NCBI GenBank assembly: GCA_964016885.1
Contig: OZ024744.1
Coordinates: 127,286,001 to 127,350,000, forward strand
Source of the DNA: Eledone cirrhosa
Lineage: Eukaryota
DNA length: 64,000 nucleotides
Direction: 5' to 3'
Shown: positions 1-10,000 of the stretch, piece by piece
Layout: the number at the start of each line of letters is the position of its first letter
How positions within the stretch are numbered: the first letter of the stretch is position 1
Position numbers and translations under genes: made by a program
Notes under the pieces: generated by a model
What the model was told of the DNA's origin: nothing
What the model saw: only the letters and a program-made list of their open reading frames with translations
Databases searched by the model: none

Positions 1-69
1 GTTAAGTTAAGTTGGGGTTAAGTTAAGTTGGGGTTAAGTTAAGTTGGGGTTAAGTTAAGTTGGGGTTAA

Positions 70-3000
70 GTTAAGTTGGGGTTAAGTTAAGTTGGAGTTA
101 AGTCAAGTTGGGGTTAAGTCAAGTTGGGGTTAAGACAAGTTGGGGTTAAGTCAAGTTGGGGTTAAGTTAAGTTGGGGTTAAGTTAAGTTGGGGTTAAGTT
201 AAGTTGGGGGTAAGTTAAGTTGGGTGTAAGTTAAGTTGGGGTTAAGTTAAGTTGGGGTTCAGTTCAGTTGGGGTTAAGTTAAGTTGGGGTTAAGTTAAGC
301 TGGGGGTAAGTTAAGTTGGGGTTAAGTTAAGTTGGGGTTAAGTTAAGTTAGGGTTAAGTTAAGTTGGGGTTAAGTTAAGTTGGAGTTAAGTTAAGTTGGG
401 GTTAAGCTAAGTTGGGGTTCAGTTAAGTTGGGGTTAAGTTAATTTGGGGCTGAGTTAAGTTGGGGTTAAGTTAAGTTCGGGTTGAGTTAAGTTGGGGGTA
501 AGTTAAGTTGGGGTTAAGTTAAGTTGGGGTTAAGTTAAGTTGGGGTTAAGACAAGTTGGGGTTAAGTTAAGTTGGGGTTAATTTAAGTTGGGGTTGAGTT
601 AATTTGGGTTTAAGTTAAGTTGGGCTTAACTTAAGTTGGGGTTAAGTTAAGTTGGGGTTAAGTTAAGTTGGGGGTAAGTTAAGTTGGGGGCAAGTTAAGT
701 TGGGGTTAATTTAAGTTGGGGTTAAGTTAAGTTGGGGTTATGTTAAGTTGGGGTTAAGTTAAGTTGGGGTTAAGTTAAGTTGGGGGTAACTTAAGTTGGG
801 GTTAAGTTAAGTTGGGGTTAAGTTAAGTTGAGGGTAAGTTAAGTTGAGGGTAAGTTAAGTTGAGGTTAAGTTAAGTTGGGGTTAAGTTAAGTTGGGGGTA
901 AGTTAAGTTGGGGGTAAGTTAAGTTGGGGTTAAGTTAAGTTGGGGTTAAATTAAGTTGAGGTTAAGTTAATTTGGGGTTAAGTTGGGGTTAAGTTAAGTT
1001 GGGGGTAAGATAAGTTGGGGCTAAGTTAAGTTGGGGCTAAGTCAAGTTGGGGTTAAGTCAAGTTGAGGTTAACTTAAGTTGGGGTTAAGTTAAGTTGGGG
1101 TTAAGTTAAGTTGGGGCTAAGTTAAGTTGGGGCTAAGTTAAGTTGGGGCTGAGTTAAGTTGGGGTTAAGTTAAGTTGGGGTTAAGTTAAGTTAGAGTTAA
1201 TTTCAGTTGGGGTTATGTTAAGTTGGGGTTAAGTTAAAGTTGGGGTTAAGTTAAGTTGGGGTAAAGTTAAGTTAGGGTTAAGTTAAGTTGGGGTTAAGTT
1301 AAGTTGGGCTTAAATTAAGTTGGGGTTTAGTTAAGTTGGGGTTAAGTTAAGTTGGGGTTAAATTAAGTTGGGGTTCAGTTAAGTTGGGGTTAAATTAAGT
1401 TGGGGTTAAGTTAAGTTGGGGTTAAGTTAAGTTGGGGTTAAGTTAAGTTGGGGTTAAGTTAAGTTGGGGTTAAGTTAAGTTGGGGTTAAGTTAAGTTGGG
1501 GTTAAGTTAAGTTGGGTTTAAGTTAAGTTGGGGCTAAGTTAAGTTGGGGCTAAGTTAAGTTGGGGCTGAGTTAAGTTGGGGTTAACTTAAGTTGGGGTTA
1601 AGTTGGGGTTAAATTAAGTTGGGGGTTAGTTAAGTTGGGGCAAGTTAAGTTGGGGTTAATTTAAGTTGGGGTTAAGTTGGGGTTAAATTAAGTTGGGGTT
1701 AAGTTAAGTTGGGGTTGAGGTAAGTTGGGGTTATGTTAAGTTGGGGCTAAGTTAAGTTGGGGCTAAGTTAAGTTGGGGCTGAGTTAAGTTGGGGTTAAGT
1801 TAAGTTGGGGTTGAGTTAAGTTGGGGTTAAGTTAAGTTGGGATTAAGTTAAGTTGGGGTTAAGTTAAGTTCGGCTTGAGTTAAGTTGGGGTTAAGTTAAG
1901 TTGGGGTTAATTTAAGTTGGGGTTAAGTTAAGTTGGGGTTAAGATAAGTTGGGGTTAAGTTAAGTTGGGGTTAAGTTAAGTTTGGGTTGAGTTAATTTGG
2001 GGTTAAGTTAAGTTGGGGTTAACTTAAGTTGGGGTTAAGTTGGGGTTAATTTAAGTTGGGGGTAGGTTAAGTTGGGGTTAAGTTAAGTTGGGGGTAAGTT
2101 AAGTCGGGGTTAAGTTAAGTTGGGGGTAAGTTAAGTCGGGGTTAAGTTAAGTTGGGGTTAAGTTAAGTTGGGGTTAAGTTAAGTTGTGGGTAAGTTAAGT
2201 CGGGGTTAAGTTAAGTTGGGGTTAAGTTAAGTTGGGTTTAAGTTAAGTTGGGGCTAAGTTAAGTTGGGGCTAAGTTAAGTTGGGGCTGAGTTAAGTTGGG
2301 GGTAAGTTAAGTTGGGTGTAAGTTAAGTTGGGGTTAAGTTAAGTTGGGGTTCAGTTCAGTTGGGGTTAAGTTAAGTTGGGGTTAAGTTAAGCTGGGGTTA
2401 AGTTAAGTTGGGGTTAAGTTAAGTTGGGGTTAAGTTAAGTTGGGGTTAAGTTAAGTTCGGGTTGAGTTAAGTTGGGGTTGAGTTAAGTTGGGGTTAAGTT
2501 AAGTTGGGGTTAAGTTAAGTTGGGGTTAAGTTAAGTTGGGGTTAAGTTAAGTTGGGGTTAAGTTAAGTTGGGGTTAAGTTAAGTTGGGGGTAAGTTAAGT
2601 TGGGGTTAAGTTAAGTTGGAGTTAAGTCAAGTTGGGGTTAAGTCAAGTTGGGGTTAAGTCAAGTTGGGGTTAAGTCAAGTTGGGGTTAAGTTAAGTTGGG
2701 GTTAAGTTAAGTTGGGGTTAAGTTAAGTTGGGGGTAAGTTAAGTTGGGTGTAAGTTAAGTTGGGGTTAAGTTAAGTTGGGGTTCAGTTCAGTTGGGGTTA
2801 AGTTAAGTTGGGGTTAAGTTAAGCTGGGGGTAAGTTAAGTTGGGGTTAAGTTAAGTTGGGGTTAAGTTAAGTTAGGGTTAAGTTAAGTTGGGGTTAAGTT
2901 AAGTTGGAGTTAAGTTAAGTTGGGGTTAAGCTAAGTTGGGGTTCAGTTAAGTTGGGGTTAAGTTAATTTGGGGCTGAGTTAAGTTGGGGTTAAGTTAAGT

Positions 3001-4024
3001 TCGGGTTGAGTTAAGTTGGGGGTAAGTTAAGTTGGGGTTAAGTTAAGTTGGGGTTAAGTTAAGTTGGGGTTAAGACAAGTTGGGGTTAAGTTAAGTTGGG
3101 GTTAATTTAAGTTGGGGTTGAGTTAATTTGGGTTTAAGTTAAGTTGGGCTTAACTTAAGTTGGGGTTAAGTTAAGTTGGGGTTAAGTTAAGTTGGGGGTA
3201 AGTTAAGTTGGGGGCAAGTTAAGTTGGGGTTAATTTAAGTTGGGGTTAAGTTAAGTTGGGGTTATGTTAAGTTGGGGTTAAGTTAAGTTGGGGTTAAGTT
3301 AAGTTGGGGGTAACTTAAGTTGGGGTTAAGTTAAGATGGGGTTAAGTTAAGTTGAGGGTAAGTTAAGTTGAGGGTAAGTTAAGTTGAGGTTAAGTTAAGT
3401 TGGGGTTAAGTTAAGTTGGGGGTAAGTTAAGTTGGGGGTAAGTTAAGTTGGGGTTAAGTTAAGTTGGGGTTAAATTAAGTTGAGGTTAAGTTAATTTGGG
3501 GTTAAGTTGGGGTTAAGTTAAGTTGGGGGTAAGATAAGTTGGGGCTAAGTTAAGTTGGGGCTAAGTCAAGTTGGGGTTAAGTCAAGTTGAGGTTAACTTA
3601 AGTTGGGGTTAAGTTAAGTTGGGGTTAAGTTAAGTTGGGGCTAAGTTAAGTTGGGGCTAAGTTAAGTTGGGGCTGAGTTAAGTTGGGGTTAAGTTAAGTT
3701 GGGGTTAAGTTAAGTTAGAGTTAATTTCAGTTGGGGTTATGTTAAGTTGGGGTTAAGTTAAAGTTGGGGTTAAGTTAAGTTGGGGTAAAGTTAAGTTAGG
3801 GTTAAGTTAAGTTGGGGTTAAGTTAAGTTGGGCTTAAATTAAGTTGGGGTTAAGTTAAGTTGGGGTTAAGTTAAGTTGGGGTTAAATTAAGTTGGGGTTC
3901 AGTTAAGTTGGGGTTAAATTAAGTTGGGGTTAAGTTAAGTTGGGGTTAAGTTAAGTTGGGGTTAAGTTAAGTTGGGGTTAAGTTAAGTTGGGGTTAAGTT
4001 AAGTTGGGGTTAAGTTAAGTTGGG
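70..4024 (+). repeat. Direct duplication within the array, offset 2,524 bp (~70-1500 matches ~2594-4024)
   Basis: The variant A of TTGGAGTTAAGTCAAG is at 96 and 2620, and TTAGAG starts at 1191 and 3715; both differ by 2,524. Intervening variants occur in the same order. Confidence 0.9.
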
Positions 4025-7000
4025 GTTAAGTTAAGTTGGGGTTAAATTAAGTTGGGGTTCAGTTAAGTTGGGGTTAAGTTAAGTTGGGGTTAAGTTAAGT
4101 TGGGGTTAGTTAAGTTGGGGTTAAGTTAAGTTGGGGTTAAGTTAAGTTGGGGTTAAGTTAAGTTGGCGTTAAGTTAAGTTGGGGTTAAGTTAAGTTGGGG
4201 TTAATTTAAGTTGGGGTTAAGATAAGGTGTGGTTAAGTTAAGTTGGGGGTGTAAGTTAAGTTGGGGTTAAGTTAAGTTGGGGTTCAGTTCAGTTGGGGTT
4301 AAGTTAAGTTGGGGTTAAGTTAAGCTGGGGGTAAGTTAAGTTGGGGTTAAGTTAAGTTGGGGTTAAGTTAAGTTGGGGTTAAGTTAAGTTGGGGTTAAGT
4401 TAAGTTGGGGTTAAGTTAAGTTGGAGTTAAGTTAAGTTGGAGTTAAGTTGAGTTGGGGTTAAGCTAAGTTGGGGTTAAGTTAAGTTGGGGTTAAGTTAAG
4501 TTGGGGTTAAGATAAGTTGGGGTTAAGTTAAGTTGGGGTTAATTTAAGTTGGGGTTGAGGTAATTTGGGTTTAAGTTAAGTTGGGCTTAACTTAAGTTGG
4601 GGTTAAGTTGGGGTTAAGTTAAGTTGGGGTTAAGTTAAGTTGGGGGTAAGTTAAGTTGGGGGCAAGTTAAGTTGGGGTTAATTTAAGTTGGGGTTAAGTT
4701 AAGTTGGGGTTATGTTAAGTTGGGGTTATGTTAAGTTGGGGTTAAGTTAAGTTGGGGTTAAGTTAAGTTGGGGGTAAGTTAAGTTGATGGTAAGTTAAGT
4801 TGGGGTTAAGTTAAGTTGGGGTTAAGTTAAGTTGGGGGTAAGATAAGTTGGGGCTAAGTTAAGTTGGGCTTAACTTAAGTTGGGGTTAAGTTAAGTTGGG
4901 GTTAAGGTAAGTTGGGGTTAAGTTAAGTTGGGGCTAAGTTAAGTTGGGGCTAAGTTAAGTTGGGGCTGAGTGAAGTTGGGGTTAAGTTGGGGTTGAGTTA
5001 AGTTGGGGTTAAGTTAAGTTGGGGTTAACTTAAGTTGGGGTTAAGTTAAGATGGGGTTAAGTTAAGATGGGGTTAAGTTAAGTTGGGGGTAAGTTAAGTT
5101 GGGGGTAAGTTAAGTTGGCGTTAAGTTAAGTTGGGGTTAAGTTAAGTTGGGTTTAAGTTAAGTTGGGGCTAAGTTAAGTTGGGGCTAAGTTAAGTTGGGG
5201 CTGAGTTAGTTTGGGGTTGAGTTAAGTTGGGGTTAACTTAAGTTGGGGTTAAGTTGGGGTTAAGTTAAGTTGGGGGTTAGTTAAGTTGGGGGCAAGTTAA
5301 GTTGGGGTTAATTTAAGTTGGGGTTAAGTTAAGTTGGGGTTAAGTTAAGTTGGGGGTAAGTTAACTGGGGTTAAGTTAAGTTGGGGGTAAGTTAAGTTGA
5401 GGCTAAGTTAAGTTGGGGTTAAGTTAAGTTGGGGTTCAATTAAGTTGGGGGTAAGTTAAGTTGGGGGTAAGTTAAGTTGGGGTTAAGTTAAGTTGGGGTT
5501 AAATTAAGTTGAGGTTAAGTTAAGTTGGGGTTAAGTTAAGTTGGGGTTAAGTTAAGTTGGGGTTAAGATAAGTTGGGGCTAAGTTCAGTTGGGGCTAAGT
5601 CAAGTTGGGGTTAAGTCAAGTTGAGGTTAACTTAAGTTGGGGTTAAGTTAAGTTGGGGTTAAGTTAAGTTGGGGTTAATGTAAGTTGGGGTTATGTTAAG
5701 TTGGGGCTAAGTTAAGTTGGGGCTAAGTTAAGTTGGGGCTAAGTTAAGTTGGGGCTGAGTTAAGTTGGGGTTAAGTTAAGTTGGGGTTGAGTTAAGTTGG
5801 GGTTAAGTTAAGTTGGGATTAAGTTAAGTTGGGGTTAAGTTAAGTTCGGCTTGAGTTAAGTTGGGGTTAAGTTAAGTTGGGGTTAATTTAAGTTGGGGTT
5901 AAGTTAAGTTCGGGGTAAGTTAAGTTGGGTGTAAGTTAAGTTGGGGTTAAGTTAAGTTGGGGTTCAGTTCAGTTGGGGTTAAGTTAAGTTGGGGTTAAGT
6001 TAAGTTGGGGTTAAGTTAAGTTGGGGTTAAGTTAAGTTGGGGGTAAGTTAAGTTGGGGGCAAGTTAAGTTGGGGTTAATTTAAGTTGGGGTTAAGTTAAG
6101 TTGGGGTTATGTTAAGTTGGGGTTAAGTTAAGTTGGGGTTAAGTTAAGTTGGGGTTAAGTTAAGTTGGGGTTAAGGTAAGTTGGGGTTAAGTTAAGTTGG
6201 GGCTAAGTTAAGTTGGGGCTAAGTTAAGTTGGGGCTGAGTTAAGTTGGGGTTAAGTTGGGGTTGAGTTAAGATGGGGTTAAGTTAAGTTGGGGTTAACTT
6301 AAGTTGGGGTTAAGTTAAGATGGGGTTAAGTTGGGGGTAAGTTAAGTTGGGGGTAAGTTAAGTTGGCGTTAAGTTAAGTTGGGGTTAAGTTAAGTTGGGT
6401 TTAAGTTAAGTTGGGGCTAAGTTAAGTTGGGGCTAAGTTAAGTTGGGGCTGAGTTAAGTTGGGGTTGAGTTAAGTTGGGGTTAACTTAAGTTGGGGTTAA
6501 GTTGGGGTTAAGTTAAGTTGGGGGTTAGTTAAGTTGGGGGCAAGTTAAGTTGGGGTTAATTTAAGTTGGGGTTAAGTTAAGTTGGGGTTATGTTAAGTTG
6601 GGGTTAAGTTAAGTTGGGGTTAAGTTAAGTTGGGGGTAAGTTAACTGGGGTTAAGTTAAGTTGGGGGTAAGTTAAGTTGAGGCTAAGTTAAGTTGGGGTT
6701 AAGTTAAGTTGGGGTTCAATTAAGTTGGGGGTAAGTTAAGTTGGGGGTAAGTTAAGTTGGGGTTAAGTTAAGTTGGGGTTAAATTAAGTTGAGGTTAAGT
6801 TAAGTTGGGGTTAAGTTAAGTTGGGGTTAAGTTAAGTTGGGGTTAAGATAAGTTGGGGCTAAGTTCAGTTGGGGCTAAGTCAAGTTGAGGTTAACTTAAG
6901 TTGGGGTTAAGTTAAGTTGGGGTTAAGTTAAGTTGGGGTTAATTTAAGTTGGGGTTATGTTAAGTTGGGGCTAAGTTAAGTTGGGGCTAAGTTAAGTTGG

Positions 7001-10000
7001 GGTTAAGTTAAGTTGGGGGTAAGTTAAGTTGGGTGTAAGTTAAGTTGGGGTTAAGTTAAGTTGGGGTTCAGTTCAGTTGGGGTTAAGTTAAGTTGGGGTT
7101 AAGTTAAGTTGGGGTTAAGTTAAGTTGGGGGTAAGTTAAGTTGGGGGCAAGTTAAGTTGGGGTTAATTTAAGTTGGGGTTAAGTTAAGTTGGGGTTATGT
7201 TAAGTTGGGGTTAAGTTAAGTTGGGGTTAAGTTAAGTTGGGGGTAACTTAAGTTGGGGTTAAGTTAAGTTGGGGTTAAGTTAAGTTGAGGGTAAGTTAAG
7301 TTGAGGGTAAGTTAAGTTGAGGTTAAGTTAAGTTGGGGTTAAGTTAAGTTGGGGGTAAGTTAAGTTGGGGTTAAGTTAAGTTGGGGTTAAATTAAGTTGA
7401 GGTTAAGTTAATTTGGGGTTAAGTTGGGGTTAAGTTAAGTTGGGGGTAAGATAAGTTGGGGCTAAGTTAAGTTGGGGCTAAGTCAAGTTGGGGTTAAGTC
7501 AAGTTGAGGTTAACTTAAGTTGGGGTTAAGTTAAGTTGGGGTTAAGTTAAGTTGGGGCTAAGTTAAGTTGGGGCTAAGTTAAGTTGGGGCTGAGTGAAGT
7601 TGGGGTTAAGTTGGGGTTGAGTTAAGTTGGGGTTAAGTTAAGTTGGGGTTAACTTAAGTTGGGGTTAAGTTAAGATGGGGTTAAGTTAAGTTAGGGTTAA
7701 TTTCAGTTGGGGTTATGTTAAGTTGGGGTTAAGTTAAAGTTGGGGTTAAGTTAAGTTGGGGTAAAGTTAAGTTAGGGTTAAGTTAAGTTGGGGTTAAGTT
7801 AAGTTGGGCTTAAATTAAGTTGGGGTTAAGTTAAGTTGGGGTTAAGTTAAGTTGGGGTTAAATTAAGTTGGGGTTCAGTTAAGTTGGGGTTAAATTAAGT
7901 TGGGGTTAAGTTAAGTTGGGGTTAGTTAAGTTGGGGTTAAGTTAAGTTGGGGTTAAGTTAAGTTGGGGTTAAGTTAAGTTGGGGTTAAGTTAAGTTGGGG
8001 TTAAGTTAAGTTGGGGTTAAGTTAAGTTGGGGTTAAATTAAGTTGGGGTTCAGTTAAGTTGGGGTTAAGTTAAGTTGGGGTTAAGTTAAGTTGGGGTTAG
8101 TTAAGTTGGGGTTAAGTTAAGTTGGGGTTAAGTTAAGTTGGGGTTAAGTTAAGTTGGGGTTAAGTTAAGTTGGGGTTAAGTTAAGTTGGCGTTAAGTTAA
8201 GTTGGGGTTAAGTTAAGTTGGGGTTAATTTAAGTTGGGGTTAAGATAAGGTGTGGTTAAGTTAAGTTGGGGGTAAGTTAAGTTGGGTGTAAGTTAAGTTG
8301 GGGTTAAGTTAAGTTGGGGTTCAGTTCAGTTGGGGTTAAGTTAAGTTGGGGTTAAGTTAAGCTGGGGGTAAGTTAAGTTGGGGTTAAGTTAAGTTGGGGT
8401 TAAGTTAAGTTGGGGTTAAGTTAAGTTGGGGTTAAGTTAAGTTGGGGTTAAGTTAAGTTGGAGTTAAGTTAAGTTGGGGTTAAGCTAAGTTGGGGTTCAG
8501 TTAAGTTGGGGTTAAGTTAATTTGGGGCTGAGTTAAGTTGGGGTTAAGTTAAGTTCGGGTTGAGTTAAGTTGGGGTTAAGTTAAGTTGGGGTTAAGACAA
8601 GTTGGGGTTAAGTTAAGTTGGGGTTAATTTAAGTTGGGGTTGAGGTAATTTGGGTTTAAGTTAAGTTGGGCTTAACTTAAGTTGGGGTTAATTTGGGGTT
8701 AAGTTAAGTTGGGGTTAAGTTAAGTTGGGGTTAAGTTAAGTTGGGTTTAAGTTAAGTTGGGGCTAAGTTAAGTTGGGGCTAAGTTAAGTTGGGGCTGAGT
8801 TAAGTTGGGGTTAACTTAAGTTGGGGTTAAGTTGGGGTTAAGTTAAGTTGGGGTTAAATTAAGTTGGGGGTTAGTTAAGTTGGGGCAAGTTAAGTTGGGG
8901 TTAATTTAAGTTGGGGTTAAGTTAAGTTGGGGTTAAATTAAGTTGGGGTTAAGTTAAGTTGGGGTTGAGGTAAGTTGGGGTTATGTTAAGTTGGGGCTAA
9001 GTTAAGTTGGGGCTAATTTAAGTTGGGGCTGAGTTAAGTTGGGGTTAAGTTAAGTTGGGGTTGAGTTAAGTTGGGGTTAAGTTAAGTTGGGATTAAGTTA
9101 AGTTGGGGTTAAGTTAAGTTCGGCTTGAGTTAAGTTGGGGTTAAGTTAAGTTGGGGTTAATTTAAGTTGGGGTTAAGTTAAGTTGGGGTTAAGATAAGTT
9201 GGGGTTAAGTTAAGTTGGGGTTAAGTTAAGTTTGGGTTGAGTTAATTTGGGGTTAAGTTAAGTTGGGGTTAACTTAAGTTGGGGTTAAGTTGGGGTTAAG
9301 TTAAGTTGGGGGTAGGTTAAGTTGGGGATAAGTTAAGTTGGGGGTAAGTTAAGTCGGGGTTAAGTTAAGTTGGGGGTAAGTTAAGTCGGGGTTAAGTTAA
9401 GTTGGGGTTAAGTTAAGTTGGGGTTAAGTTAAGTTGGGGGTAAGTTAAGTCGGGGTTAAGTTAAGTTGGGGTTAAGTTAAGTTGGGTTTAAGTTAAGTTG
9501 GGGCTAAGTTAAGTTGGGGCTAAGTTAAGTTGGGGCTGAGTTAAGTTGGGGGTAAGTTAAGTTGGGTGTAAGTTAAGTTGGGGTTAAGTTAAGTTGGGGT
9601 TCAGTTCAGTTGGGGTTAAGTTAAGTTGGGGTTAAGTTAAGCTGGGGTTAAGTTAAGTTGGGGTTAAGTTAAGTTGGGGTTAAGTTAAGTTGGGGTTAAG
9701 TTAAGTTGGGGTTGAGTTAAGTTGGGGTTGAGTTAAGTTGGGGTTAAGTTAAGTTGGGGTTAAGTTAAGTTGGGGTTAAGTTAAGTTGGGGTTAAGTTAA
9801 GTTGGGGGTAAGTTAAGTTGGGGGCAAGTTAAGTTGGGGTTAAGTTAAGTTGGGGTTAAGTTAAGTTGGGGTTAAGTTAAGTTAGGGTTAATTTCAGTTG
9901 GGGTTATGTTAAGTTGGCGTTACGTTAAGTTGGGGTTAAGTTAAAGTTGGGGTTAAGTTAAGTTGGGGTAAAGTTAAGTTAGGGTTAAATTAAGTTGGGG

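Noticed and set aside
348-353. TTAGGG hexamers (and occasional TTAGG, e.g. ~13830) as canonical telomere tracts
   Set aside because: They are isolated single-base variants of TTGGGG or TTAAG, never tandem, and are propagated only as parts of duplicated blocks.
476-481. CpG-creating variants (TTCGGG, GTCGGGG, TTGGCG) as methylation or CENP-B-box-like signals
   Set aside because: They are sparse single substitutions; I saw no CENP-B box match and no spacing independent of the block duplications.
628-637. 10-bp palindrome AACTTAAGTT as a regulatory site or hairpin
   Set aside because: It arises from a single G>C change in the consensus, is too short for a stable cruciform, and has no gene context; useful only as a restriction marker.
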